The position numbers and the translations under genes were made by a program. Below the pieces are notes generated by a model that was not told where the DNA came from, made no database searches, and saw only the letters and a list, made by a program, of their open reading frames with translations. 64,000 bases of DNA from a bacterium (GTDB lineage Bacteria; SZUA-182; DTGQ01; JAFGSM01). How positions within the stretch are numbered: position 1 is the first letter of the stretch; the number at the start of each line of letters is the position of its first letter. The stretch lies in NCBI GenBank assembly GCA_049472335.1, contig JBLIRO010000007.1:13244-77243 (forward strand), read 5' to 3'. Of this stretch, positions 48,303 to 57,819 are shown one piece after another.

Positions 48303-49247
48303 ATGGAAAATAGTTCTGATTCCGAAAAAGAGATTGTTTGCCCTAAGTGCAGCAGAAGATTGCTTGAAAAGGACACAAACTTCTGTCCGTCGTGTGGAAC
48401 TCAGGTGTGCCGGATTCAAGATTTGGAAGATATGAATTCTCTAATGCCTCATGAACAGGAATGTTCATTTTCAGATAAAGACCGGGCAAAGGATTTCCAG
48501 GTTCAACCCTGGGCCGGTTTCTGGATCAGGTTGGGCTCATTCTGGATGGACGGCTTAATAATTTTGATGATAGCCATGTTTTTGGGAAGTCTCACCTATT
48601 CCACAGCTATAGGAGACTATCTGTTTCCAAATTCAGAAAAGATAATGCTGTTTCTGCTTATTTTATTTATCTTCTATCATGCCCTATTCCTTGGTAAATT
48701 TAAAACAACACCCGGCAAAAGGTTTTTCGGATTATCAATAATACCTTCAAAGACTTCCGCAAGCTTTGGTTATTCAGAGACGTTTTTGAGGACATTATCA
48801 TATTTCATTTCCGGATTTCCCTTTGGTACAGGATTTTTATGGATAGCCTTCGATGTGAACAAACAGGGTTGGCATGACAAGATAGCAAAAACATCTGTTA
48901 TTAAAAAAGCCAGGGTTCCAATCATAAATAGATTCGGGACTCTAACCATTTTGACCTTTTTAGTGATTTTAATGATTGCTCTCCAATTCAATTTGACTAT
49001 GGGATATAAATCGCTATTTAATTATACCGGTAAGCCTATGAGGGATCGGGGCAAAGAAATAGTGAGTCTTCTAGTCACTCAAAAGGAAATCAAAAAGGGG
49101 GTATTTAAGGAAATTATTACAAGGGCTGGGCCTCACACCATCAGGCTTCCTAAAACAGCCCGTGATGGTGAGATATTTAAAGTAAACCGGACTGAAGAAG
49201 AGGGAGGCGTCTTCTATATCAGGATTGTTATAGTTGAAAGGATCTAA
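48303..49247 (+). CDS. zinc-ribbon plus RDD-family membrane protein
   Basis: The start is taken at MENSSD. It has CPKCSRRL...CPSCG, then an RDD-like membrane domain (WIRLGSFWMDGLII...GWHDKIAKTSVI) and a ~90-aa C-terminal soluble region. Confidence 0.65.
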   Translation: MENSSDSEKEIVCPKCSRRLLEKDTNFCPSCGTQVCRIQDLEDMNSLMPHEQECSFSDKDRAKDFQVQPWAGFWIRLGSFWMDGLIILMIAMFLGSLTYSTAIGDYLFPNSEKIMLFLLILFIFYHALFLGKFKTTPGKRFFGLSIIPSKTSASFGYSETFLRTLSYFISGFPFGTGFLWIAFDVNKQGWHDKIAKTSVIKKARVPIINRFGTLTILTFLVILMIALQFNLTMGYKSLFNYTGKPMRDRGKEIVSLLVTQKEIKKGVFKEIITRAGPHTIRLPKTARDGEIFKVNRTEEEGGVFYIRIVIVERI

Positions 49248-49282
49248 AAAAAATGCCCCGCAAAGAGGGGGCATCTTTTTTT
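49246..49282. terminator. bidirectional rho-independent terminator
   Basis: An A-run is followed by the stem ATGCCCC (49253-49259), an 8-nt loop and GGGGCAT (49268-49274), then a T-run. It lies between convergent genes. Confidence 0.65.
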
Positions 49283-49306
49283 ATCTGATATAAATTAACA
49301 ATTAAA

Positions 49307-49681
49307 TTACAATGTCTGTAAAAAATCAGTCAAATTATCTATATCTTCATCTGTAGGATCTTCTTCAAACATAGATAACCTTGGTTCTTCGTATAGATGA
49401 TCCTTTAGCCATTTCTTCATTTCTTCCGGTTTCAGTCTTGTCGAAACACCTTCCAAGTCAGGAGCATCGTCAAGTCCGCCCCCTTCTCCATTTAATAGGT
49501 GGCACATCAGACAGTTCACTTCCTCAAAGATCTCGTTTCCGCTTTGTGCGGATTCCGAAAGGTTTTCATCCTCTGTTGCCCATGAAACCGGACCTTTGCT
49601 GGAGCATAAATAAAAGAAAACACCGAAAACAATAAAAATTACCAGAGAGATTTTTAGAAGATCATATTTCGAGATTTTCAT
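49307..49681 (-). CDS. membrane-anchored monoheme c-type cytochrome
   Basis: It has an N-terminal TM helix and a single CxxCH motif (CLMCH). Confidence 0.7.
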   Translation of the reverse strand: MKISKYDLLKISLVIFIVFGVFFYLCSSKGPVSWATEDENLSESAQSGNEIFEEVNCLMCHLLNGEGGGLDDAPDLEGVSTRLKPEEMKKWLKDHLYEEPRLSMFEEDPTDEDIDNLTDFLQTL

Positions 49682-50015
49682 AAATGCCCCCCTTTATTGA
49701 AATTTTTTGATCTACTATAATTTAAATTACTTAATCAAACACCCAATAATATGGAAAAGTATTTTGATTCTTATTAATTATCGGCCGTATAATAAAAAAC
49801 TTTCAATAATATCCAATATTAACTTACGTTTTGAGACATATTTTTTTCTTGATTTCAATATACGGGATCAAAAACCATTATCGGTGGCAGTTTCTCATAA
49901 AAATACCGTGCCAGGCAATTGGAAAGGAGTTCTTATGTAACCTATATAATGTGAGGTAGAAAAATTGATCGCGGATTTTGAATTGATTTGGAATTGACAG
50001 AATTTATCAGGAATC

Positions 50016-50045
50016 TTGACAAGGAATCCGGTGTTTGGATATACT
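50016..50045 (+). promoter_or_regulatory. candidate sigma-70 promoter for the inositol-3-phosphate synthase gene
   Basis: TTGACA, 18 nt, TATACT, about 180 nt upstream of the ATG at 50224. Confidence 0.4.
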
Positions 50046-50223
50046 TTTTTATCTCATCAGGGTAATATATTATTGCTTTAGAAAAAACATTTTACTTTGA
50101 ATTATTTATTAATTACTGTTTCTTTACCATTCCATTTAAATATCCTAAAGTTTATATACTGAATTTAATAGGGACTTGAGAAAATCCTGATTTCTAAAGT
50201 AATAAAAAAAGAGGTAATGATTT

Positions 50224-51333
50224 ATGGATAAAATTAAAATAGCTATTGTGGGGATTGGGAATTGTGCAAGCTCACTAATTCAGGGAATCGAATATTACAG
50301 GAATAAAAAAGAAAGCGATGTCATTGGTCTGATGCATTGGGATATAGGCGGATATAAGCCCCCAGACATAGAAGTTGTTGCGGCATTTGATATAGACAAA
50401 AGAAAGGTTGGTAAGGATTTGTCAGAGGCTATATTCGCTCCGCCTAACTGTACAACTATATTCTTTAAGGATATAGCCAAAAGTACAGGTGTTAAGGTAA
50501 GGATGGGAAACATATTGGATGGCCTTTCAGAACATATGAAGGAGTACGATGAAAAATATCGTTTTGTTTTGTCAGACGAAAAAGAACTATCCAAGGAAGA
50601 ATGTACAGAGATATTAAAAAAATCCGGGGCGGAAATAATGCTGAATTATCTTCCGGTCGGAAGTGAAAAAGCGACAAAGTTTTATGCTGAATGCGCCCTC
50701 GACTCAGAAACGGCTTTTATAAACAATATGCCCGTCTTTATTGTGAGTGATCCAGAATGGGCAAAAAGATTCACTGAAAAAAACATCCCTATAATTGGTG
50801 ACGATATCAAGTCTCAGCTTGGTGCAACGATTATTCATAGAACATTAGCCTCCCTTTTTAAAAAAAGGGGAGTAAAGTTAGAGAGGACATATCAGCTAAA
50901 TACCGGCGGGAATACAGACTTTTTAAACATGCTGAATAAGTCCAGGTTGAAAAGCAAGAAGGTATCGAAAACAGAATCTGTACAATCTGTTCTCAATGAA
51001 AAAAGACTGGATTCCGACAATATTCATATTGGCCCAAGCGATTATGTTTCATGGCAAAAGGATAATAAAATCGCTTTTATAAGGATGGAGGGAAAACTCT
51101 TCGGCGGCGTTCCTATGAATTTGGAATTAAGATTGTCTGTTGAGGATTCTCCAAATTCCGCGGGTATTGTCATAGATGCCATTCGATGTTGTAAGCTCGC
51201 GTTGAAAAGAGGAAAGGGCGGCGTTTTATATTCTCCTTCAGCATATTTTATGAAACATCCGCCAAAACAATTTACAGATGACGAAGCACATAGGATGACA
51301 GAAGAATTTATTAAGGGATTAAGAGATGAGTGA
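50224..51333 (+). CDS. myo-inositol-1-phosphate (inositol-3-phosphate) synthase
   Basis: 369 aa; KIAIVGIGNCASSLIQGIEYY, ...NYLPVGSE... and SQLGATIIHR are typical of the short archaeal/bacterial MIPS. Confidence 0.88.
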   Translation: MDKIKIAIVGIGNCASSLIQGIEYYRNKKESDVIGLMHWDIGGYKPPDIEVVAAFDIDKRKVGKDLSEAIFAPPNCTTIFFKDIAKSTGVKVRMGNILDGLSEHMKEYDEKYRFVLSDEKELSKEECTEILKKSGAEIMLNYLPVGSEKATKFYAECALDSETAFINNMPVFIVSDPEWAKRFTEKNIPIIGDDIKSQLGATIIHRTLASLFKKRGVKLERTYQLNTGGNTDFLNMLNKSRLKSKKVSKTESVQSVLNEKRLDSDNIHIGPSDYVSWQKDNKIAFIRMEGKLFGGVPMNLELRLSVEDSPNSAGIVIDAIRCCKLALKRGKGGVLYSPSAYFMKHPPKQFTDDEAHRMTEEFIKGLRDE

Positions 51334-51356
51334 TCCTTTTATAACCCGGATCTGGA

Positions 51357-51758
51357 TTAAAAACCATCCCAGTGGAGATGTACAACGCCATTTTGTTCTA
51401 ATTTTTTACCAATATACTTTTTAGCCAGTTTTTTAAGCGGCTCTCTGGTAAACGGGATAATACAGAAAAAACCTAATAAATCGGTTAAAAGACCCGGTGT
51501 AATTAAAAATATCGCACCTATCAATACAAAAAGACCGTTCCAAAGCGGCTCAGCAGGAAAAATTCCTTGCCCTAAATCGGATATTAGATGCTGAATAACT
51601 CTTAATCCCTGAGCCCGTGCAAAGATCCCTCCCATAATCCCGGTGACCAGCACAATTAAAATTGTTGCTCCGGCACCGATAATAGTCCCTATCTTAATAA
51701 GGATATAAAATTCAACTAAAGGAACAATTGTAAAAAGCAATATCAATTTCAAAAGCAT
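51357..51758 (-). CDS. fxsA: FxsA family membrane protein
   Basis: 133 aa; LLFTIVPLVEFYILIKIG...ITPGLLTDLLGF is typical of FxsA. Confidence 0.8.
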   Translation of the reverse strand: MLLKLILLFTIVPLVEFYILIKIGTIIGAGATILIVLVTGIMGGIFARAQGLRVIQHLISDLGQGIFPAEPLWNGLFVLIGAIFLITPGLLTDLLGFFCIIPFTREPLKKLAKKYIGKKLEQNGVVHLHWDGF

Positions 51759-52155
51759 AGTCTTTTATACAACAATCTTTCATAGATGGTCAAGGAATAA
51801 ACCCGGATCCGGGTTAAAAACTCTAACAGGCAACAAATTGGATGTATACCTGTTTTGTTAATGGTGTTGCCCATTGAAAAAAACCATGCCCAGCTTTATG
51901 AATTAAATTTCATAATAATTTTAAATGTGTAATAAAAATAATAATATGATTATTTTTGCACATATACCAATTTTATCAATTTATTCATATACTTAAATTA
52001 AGTATATGTCAAAGTACCGGGCCTGTTCCGCGTTTCCTCTTTTAAAAAGGTCTTAAATCAACGGTTTTGAAGCCCCAAAATTATTGTTTATTTATATATT
52101 TTATGTCAAAATTATTGTTTGGTAAAATTAAATCAATTTTAAAATATCTTTTGTT

Positions 52156-52170
52156 TGGCATATTTATTGC
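52156..52170 (+). promoter_or_regulatory. candidate sigma-54 (-24/-12) promoter
   Basis: TGGCATATTTATTGC has the GG and GC dinucleotides at the canonical 12-nt register (consensus TGGCAC-N5-TTGC). It lies ~170 nt upstream of the ATG at 52341. Confidence 0.45.
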
Positions 52171-52340
52171 TTCAATTTATGCCAGCACTCTTAAACACAG
52201 AGTAAATTTGGTAATCTATTAAAACTGGGGGGGATATGCCAATTGTTTAAGTCACCCGACAACCATCTCTTCATGGGTGACAGCCTAAAATGCGGCAAGA
52301 TAAATTCACATAAAGTAAAAAGTAGAAAGGATGATGTCTT

Positions 52341-53270
52341 ATGAGAACAAAATGTAGTTTATGGGTTCTGAGCCTTAGTATGATTTTGTTATTTATTAGT
52401 TTTTCAGTTACCTCATTTACTCTGTATGCCCAGATCACAACTTATAACCCTTACTCATATTATTCAGGATACAATCCATACAGTTACTATTCCGGATATA
52501 ATCCTTACAGCTACTATTCCGGATATAATCCTTACAGTTCCTATTCCGGATATAATCCTTACAGTTCCTATTCCGGATATAATCCTTACAGTTCCTATTC
52601 CGGATATAATTATGGCTATAGTCCATATGGCTATTCAAGTCCGTATTCTTCTTACTCCGGGGCCTATGGGAGCCCTTACGGTTACGGCTCGTATTACGGC
52701 AGCTCTTACGGAAGTCCTTATGGAAGTTACTATGGCGGCAGCCCCTACGGAAGCTATTATGGCAGCTCTTATGGCAGCCCCTATGGAAGTTACTACGGTA
52801 GCCCTTACGGAAGCTATAGCGGATTATATGGAACTTCTCCTTACAGCAGTCTTTATAGCGGTTTATATGCAGGTAGTGCATACGGTGCCGGGCTCTATGG
52901 CAGCGGCCTAGGACTCTTGGGAGGTCTCGGTGGATTGAGTCTTTATTCAGGGCTTAGTGGTTTGGGGGGTCTTGGCGGCCTCAGTGCTTATTATAGTGGG
53001 CTCGGCGGATTGGGTCTTTACTCAGGACTCAGTGGCTTGGGTAGTCTTGGTTCTTTATACGGACTTGGCGGCCTTGGCGCTTATAGTGGCCTCGGCGGAT
53101 ACTCTCCGTTCTCTTTGTCTAATCTTTATTACCCAATTCAAACCACTGCCGGATTGAGTTACCAGATTCCTTATCTCCAGCTTGCGCCGCTTTTAGGAGT
53201 TAGTGGTCTATATAACCAGCTTTTTCCTTATCTTTTTAATACGACTACCGGCACGGATACTACACAATAG
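52341..53270 (+). CDS. secreted Tyr/Gly/Ser-rich low-complexity repeat protein
   Basis: It has a signal peptide (...SFTLYA-QI) followed by three repeat blocks: (YNPYSYYSG / YNPYSSYSG)x6, then SPYGSYYGSSYG repeats, then GLGGLSxYSGLSGLG repeats. Confidence 0.7.
   Translation: MRTKCSLWVLSLSMILLFISFSVTSFTLYAQITTYNPYSYYSGYNPYSYYSGYNPYSYYSGYNPYSSYSGYNPYSSYSGYNPYSSYSGYNYGYSPYGYSSPYSSYSGAYGSPYGYGSYYGSSYGSPYGSYYGGSPYGSYYGSSYGSPYGSYYGSPYGSYSGLYGTSPYSSLYSGLYAGSAYGAGLYGSGLGLLGGLGGLSLYSGLSGLGGLGGLSAYYSGLGGLGLYSGLSGLGSLGSLYGLGGLGAYSGLGGYSPFSLSNLYYPIQTTAGLSYQIPYLQLAPLLGVSGLYNQLFPYLFNTTTGTDTTQ
52443..52610 (+). repeat. about 6.2 tandem copies of a 27-bp in-frame repeat
   Basis: The unit TATAATCCTTACAGTTCCTATTCCGGA is repeated with few substitutions, and the last three copies are identical. 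Confidence 0.9.
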
Positions 53271-53324
53271 ACTACTACAGAAAGGTAATATAAACCTAAG
53301 TTGATATCCCAGTATCTAAGGATT

Positions 53325-53354
53325 GGCCCATTCACCATGATTGGTGAATGGGCC
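53325..53354. terminator. perfect 13-bp hairpin between convergent genes (terminator or RNA-stability element, no U-tract)
   Basis: GGCCCATTCACCA, loop tgat, TGGTGAATGGGCC. Confidence 0.45.
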
Positions 53355-53469
53355 GTCCTGACTTTATCCGAACCCGACAAATTTATAAAAACCAATTGGC
53401 GATTGCCTGCGATTTTCATCAACTGCTCGAAAACCAAACATTTTTTTAAATAGTTTCGATTGTCTTGCC

Positions 53470-54246
53470 TTAAAATTTTTTTGATTCTTTGCTGGTATAG
53501 TTTATGTCTTTTATCATTCTCTGACGGAGCATCTCATACATCAAGATACCTCCGGCCACACTTACATTCAAGGAGTTAACTTTGCCCAGCATGGGAATAC
53601 GGACAATAAAGTCGCATTCCTCACGCAACAATCTACTCATCCCCTTTCCTTCGCTTCCCAGAACAAGGACAACAGGACATGTAAAGTCAACCTGGAACCA
53701 AAGTTCCTTGCCCGCCAGATCCGCACCAACAATCCAGAATCCTTTCTTTTTGAGGATAAGGCAGGCTTGAACAAGATTGGAAATACGGATAATCGGGGTG
53801 GAGGTTATTGCTCCCGCGGATGTTTTGGCCACAACGGGAGTTATTCCCGCCGACCTGTGCTTAGGGATTATAATCCCTTGCACGCCCACAGCATTCGCAG
53901 TCCTGACGAGGGCTCCCAGATTATGAGGATCTTCGATACTATCCAGAATCAGCAAAAATGGTGGATAAGGGAGTTTATCCATTTTCTCAAGACATTCTTC
54001 AAGGCTATATGTCGGCTCGGAGCGGGTAGAGATTTCTGCAACCACGCCCTGATGAACCTTCCCGGGAAATAAAGTCTCGATTTGGTGCCTAGGCACGCGC
54101 AAAACGGATACCCCTTTTTCTCCGGCACACTTAAAAATCCTGTCCAGCAGGTATCCGTGAGCGTTTTTTGCCACCAGGATCCTCTGAACAGGAGTTTTTC
54201 CTGAAAGGACTTCCAATACAGGACGACGGCCAAAGAGCATAGCCAT
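53470..54246 (-). CDS. rlmB: 23S rRNA (guanosine-2'-O)-methyltransferase, SpoU/TrmH family
   Basis: 258 aa with the SpoU motifs DSIEDPHNLGALVRTA, LVLGSEGKGM and IPMLGKVNSLNVSVA. Confidence 0.85.
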   Translation of the reverse strand: MAMLFGRRPVLEVLSGKTPVQRILVAKNAHGYLLDRIFKCAGEKGVSVLRVPRHQIETLFPGKVHQGVVAEISTRSEPTYSLEECLEKMDKLPYPPFLLILDSIEDPHNLGALVRTANAVGVQGIIIPKHRSAGITPVVAKTSAGAITSTPIIRISNLVQACLILKKKGFWIVGADLAGKELWFQVDFTCPVVLVLGSEGKGMSRLLREECDFIVRIPMLGKVNSLNVSVAGGILMYEMLRQRMIKDINYTSKESKKF

Positions 54247-54261
54247 GGGCCTAATACCTCT

Positions 54262-55692
54262 CTATTCTGTTATCTTCCATATGGTGGTACAGTCCGGTTT
54301 ATCCTCTAAATGTATATTGAGAGATGCAAGAGAATCTCTTATACGATCAGCCATGGACCAGTCTTTATTTTGACGACATAAGGCTCGAATATCAACCAGG
54401 ATTTTCAAAAGGTCTTCCGCAAGGTTATTTAATACCTTTCCCTGCCCTTTTTCCTGGAAAAGGCTCAATACTGCACCTAAATTCTGAACCGCCTTTTTAG
54501 ACGTCCTAAGATCCACAATACCCTGAGGATTTCCCTGATATTCCCTTAGGGCCAGATTAATATCTTTAATAAATTCAAAGATATGACCCAATGCTCCCGC
54601 AGTATTAAAATCGTCATCCATTGCTGCTTCAAAATCCTTTTTCAGATTCTGTATTCGGTTCACGCATTCATCTGAAGGCTGTATTTTTTCTTTCCCTGTC
54701 TCCTCCAAAAGGTCTATGTTTTGGAAAGCCGTATATACTCTTTCCAGGGCCTTTTTTGCCTCCTCGATTCTTTCTGTTGTGAAATCTATAGGGCTGCGAT
54801 AATGCGTTGAGACCAAGAAATATCTGACAGCATCGGCAGGAAACTTCGATAATATCTCACGAATTGTAAAAAAGTTCTTAAGGGATTTGGACATCTTTTC
54901 CTGGTTAATGCTTACAAATCCATTGTGAATCCAATATCTGGCAAAAGGTTTGCCTGTTGCCGCTTCTGATTGAGCGATCTCATTTTCATGATGAGGAAAA
55001 ATCAAATCCTTTCCACCACCATGTATATCAAAGGTGTCCCCCAGATACTTTTGAGACATCACAGAACACTCTATATGCCAGCCAGGCCTGCCCGGCCCCC
55101 AGGGGCTGTCCCATTTTGGCTCACCAGGTTTGGATCTTTTCCAAAGGGCAAAATCCAGGGGGTCCTCCTTGCGCTCATCTATCTCAACCCTCGCACCCGC
55201 TCTCATTTGATCCGGATCTCTTCCTGAGAGTTTTCCATAATCCGGTAATTGCCGGACACTGAAAAAGATGTCACCATCCCGCTCGTAAGCAAAACCCTTT
55301 TCTATCAGGGTACTTACCATTGCTATCATGTCTTGTATATGTTCTGTAGCCTTAGGCTCAATATCAGCAGGCCTCAAACCCAGTTTTTCAAAATCCTCCA
55401 TATATGCGTCGATATAGCGACAGGCAATTTCATTGGTGTCACAGCCCTCCTGCCTTGCGCAGTTTATTATCTTGTCATCCACATCCGTAAAATTCCGCAC
55501 ATAAGTCACCTGATACCCCTTATACTCGAGATAGCGCCGAATAATATCGAAAACCAGCGCCCCCCGCGCATGTCCCAAATGACAAAGATCATAGACAGTA
55601 ACCCCACACACATACATTCCTACTTTTCCGGGGGCCAAAGGGTGAAACTCCTCCTTTTTTCCAGTTAACGTGTTATATATCATTAAGCCCAT
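54262..55692 (-). CDS. cysS: cysteine--tRNA ligase
   Basis: It has the HIGH-type (CHLGHARG) and KMSKS motifs. The start is taken at MGLMIYNTLTGKKEEF, and the 21-codon upstream extension is rejected. Confidence 0.95.
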   Translation of the reverse strand: MGLMIYNTLTGKKEEFHPLAPGKVGMYVCGVTVYDLCHLGHARGALVFDIIRRYLEYKGYQVTYVRNFTDVDDKIINCARQEGCDTNEIACRYIDAYMEDFEKLGLRPADIEPKATEHIQDMIAMVSTLIEKGFAYERDGDIFFSVRQLPDYGKLSGRDPDQMRAGARVEIDERKEDPLDFALWKRSKPGEPKWDSPWGPGRPGWHIECSVMSQKYLGDTFDIHGGGKDLIFPHHENEIAQSEAATGKPFARYWIHNGFVSINQEKMSKSLKNFFTIREILSKFPADAVRYFLVSTHYRSPIDFTTERIEEAKKALERVYTAFQNIDLLEETGKEKIQPSDECVNRIQNLKKDFEAAMDDDFNTAGALGHIFEFIKDINLALREYQGNPQGIVDLRTSKKAVQNLGAVLSLFQEKGQGKVLNNLAEDLLKILVDIRALCRQNKDWSMADRIRDSLASLNIHLEDKPDCTTIWKITE

Positions 55693-55797
55693 AACATAAA
55701 ACCCCTTTATTGAAACAATTCTATTTTTGCCACAAAAATTCCTCCAAAAAAACAAAGAAAATGCCTAAAGTAATATAAGTGCCTAAAGTGTTTTCTT

Positions 55798-56268
55798 TCA
55801 ACACTCTTCAAGGCATACTATAGCATAAGCCGCAATGCCTTCTTTAGCAAAAAGGATTAGGCCATTTGTGGTAGTAGCCTTGATTGAGACCCTGTTTTCT
55901 TCTATTTTAAGGATTTTCGCAATTGTTTTTGTCATCTCGGCTTTGTAAGGAGAGATCTTGGGGTTGTCAGCCACAATGGTGGTGTCTACATTACTGACCC
56001 TATACCCGAAATTTTCAATCATCCCAATCACCTTCTCCAAGAAAAAGATACTTGAAATCTGGTAATACTTTTTATCAGTATCAGGAAAATGTTCTCCAAT
56101 ATCACCCTTTCCAATGGCCCCTAACAGGGCATCACAGATTGCATGGATCAGACAATCCGCATCCGAATGGCCGGCCAATCCCTTTAGACCGGGAATCCTG
56201 ACTCCGCCCAGGACAAGCGGTCTTCCTTCCACAAGCGGATGAAGATCATAACCAAAACCTATCCTCAT
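55798..56268 (-). CDS. ispF: 2-C-methyl-D-erythritol 2,4-cyclodiphosphate synthase
   Basis: 156 aa with MRIGFGYDLH...GHSDADCLIHAICDALLGA. Confidence 0.95.
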   Translation of the reverse strand: MRIGFGYDLHPLVEGRPLVLGGVRIPGLKGLAGHSDADCLIHAICDALLGAIGKGDIGEHFPDTDKKYYQISSIFFLEKVIGMIENFGYRVSNVDTTIVADNPKISPYKAEMTKTIAKILKIEENRVSIKATTTNGLILFAKEGIAAYAIVCLEEC

Positions 56269-56969
56269 TTAGATATACCCGTCTTTATAAACTGCTCAGC
56301 CAGTTGAAAATCTTCGGGATAAGTGATCTTTATATTCCAGAAGCTGCCTTCTATGACCTTAATGTCATGAGGTAACCGTTCCACCAGCGAGGCCTCATCA
56401 GTGCCATAGAATCCTTCCCTTTTAGCCAGGACATAAGCCTCTTTGATCAAAGAGAGCTTAAATACCTGAGGTGTTTGGGCTATCCAAAGGTCTTTGGAAG
56501 GCATTGTGCCTTGGATAATTCCACTTTTATCAACCCGCTTCAGGGTTTCCCTTATCCTAAGGCCTAAAATACAAGCGCCTCTTTTTTTTGATTCATTAAT
56601 GGATTCTTCAATCTTTTTTTGATCCACAAAAGGTCTGGCTCCATCGTGAACAATGACGATATCGTCTCCACTCGATGTATCATAAATCTCTTGCAGGCCA
56701 CAGGCAACGGAATCCTGTCTCTGGGCACCGCCGCCGACAACCTTAGCGACCTTTGTCAGATTGTTGTTTGCTAGTATGTTGTCCCGGACCCACCCAAGGT
56801 CATCCTTTCTAACTACTAATATAATCTCATCAACCAATGCCGATTTTTGAAATTTGAGAGCAGTATGCGCAAGGAGTGGCAACCCGGCAAGCAGCATATA
56901 CTGCTTCGGCATATCTCCTCTTATCCTCTTACCACTCCCGGCAGCAGGGATAATGACCTTGACGCTCAA
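56265..56969 (-). CDS. ispD: 2-C-methyl-D-erythritol 4-phosphate cytidylyltransferase
   Basis: 234 aa with VIIPAAGSGKR...PKQY. It overlaps ispF by 4 bp. Confidence 0.93.
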   Translation of the reverse strand: MSVKVIIPAAGSGKRIRGDMPKQYMLLAGLPLLAHTALKFQKSALVDEIILVVRKDDLGWVRDNILANNNLTKVAKVVGGGAQRQDSVACGLQEIYDTSSGDDIVIVHDGARPFVDQKKIEESINESKKRGACILGLRIRETLKRVDKSGIIQGTMPSKDLWIAQTPQVFKLSLIKEAYVLAKREGFYGTDEASLVERLPHDIKVIEGSFWNIKITYPEDFQLAEQFIKTGISK

Positions 56970-57063
56970 TTTTTAAGGCCTTTCCATAAAAGAAAGGCGA
57001 AGCATTGCTTCGCCAAATTTTAACTGAAAACTGACCAACGAGGGCAACAATAATCCTTAATAT

Positions 57064-57552
57064 TTATCCCTCTTCTACCTCAAAAATCCGATCGATGAGT
57101 TGCGTAGCCTCGAGAGATGTTATCTTTTTAGCATGTGAAAGTTCGACAACGATCAACTCTTTTGTATCTTCCAGCATCTTTTTCTCACCAAAGCTCAATT
57201 CTCGTTGTTGTTTCAATAGACTCAGATTTCGTAATACGGCTGCCATCTGGAATATTGATCCGCTTTTTAATCTGTCGAGGTTATCTTTATAACGCCTTGT
57301 CCAGTTAGCCGACATCTCTTCTATGTCACCCTTTAAAATCTCAAAGACCTTGCTTACCTCTTCCGGACCGATTAGTTGGCGAAGGCCTACTGTTTCCGCA
57401 TTATCCGTAGGAACCATGATCATGCTGTTGTCAGCCAGTATTCTCAAAATGTAAAATTGTTGTTTATTACCTTGAATTTCCCTTTCCTCAATAGCTTCAA
57501 CTCTACCTACACCTAAGGTAGGATAAACAATCTCTTCACCAACCTCAAACAT
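57064..57552 (-). CDS. carD: CarD family transcriptional regulator
   Basis: The start is taken at MFEVGEEIVYPTLGVGRVEAIEEREI, behind AGAGGGGG. It has a CarD_CdnL_TRCF RNAP-interacting domain pattern. Confidence 0.85.
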   Translation of the reverse strand: MFEVGEEIVYPTLGVGRVEAIEEREIQGNKQQFYILRILADNSMIMVPTDNAETVGLRQLIGPEEVSKVFEILKGDIEEMSANWTRRYKDNLDRLKSGSIFQMAAVLRNLSLLKQQRELSFGEKKMLEDTKELIVVELSHAKKITSLEATQLIDRIFEVEEG

Positions 57553-57669
57553 AGGCCCCCTCTCTTTATAATTGCCCAAATATTGGATCAAACCAACATT
57601 ATTTCTACTTTTTAGAGATCTCATTATAGCACAAATTATCCTTTATTAAAACCTTCTGGATTCAAAGAC

Positions 57670-57819
57670 CAGGGTATCGGCAAAGTCATTGTTAGGGCAA
57701 AGGGACACAAAACTTAATTAAATTAAAACAAGGATTGTCACATTAATTCCGATTAAATATAATTAAGTATTGTGTCCCGATTAATCTTTAAGCTTTTTGG
57801 TGACTTTGCCGATACCCTG
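57670..57819. mobile_element. 150-bp MITE with 19-bp perfect terminal inverted repeats and a 10-bp target-site duplication
   Basis: TIR-L is CAGGGTATCGGCAAAGTCA (57670-57688) and TIR-R is TGACTTTGCCGATACCCTG (57801-57819). They are flanked by direct ATTCAAAGAC copies (57660-57669 and 57820-57829). An inner second inverted repeat, GGGACACAAAACTTAATTA / TAATTAAGTATTGTGTCCC, matches at 18 of 19 positions. Confidence 0.65.

Noticed and set aside
51793-51815. Palindrome AACCCGGATCCGGGTT upstream of fxsA considered as a terminator
   Set aside because: No gene ends nearby in either orientation, so its role is unclear. It could be an operator or simply a chance BamHI-centred palindrome. It is not called as a feature.
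52200-52340. The leader of the Tyr/Gly/Ser gene considered as a c-di-GMP (GEMM) riboswitch
   Set aside because: Only a generic 7-bp hairpin and a vague GACAGCCUAAA resemblance are present. The conserved GEMM core sequences are not.
52443-52610. The 27-bp tandem repeat considered as a possible CRISPR array
   Set aside because: The repeats are contiguous with no spacers, are in frame within a coding sequence, and lack dyad symmetry or nearby cas genes.
52426-52911. Alternate-frame ORFs over the Tyr/Gly/Ser repeat gene (52426-52911 +, 52435-52881 -, 52957-53157 +)
   Set aside because: They are repeat-induced open frames. Only the 52341-53270 frame has a signal peptide and a start context.
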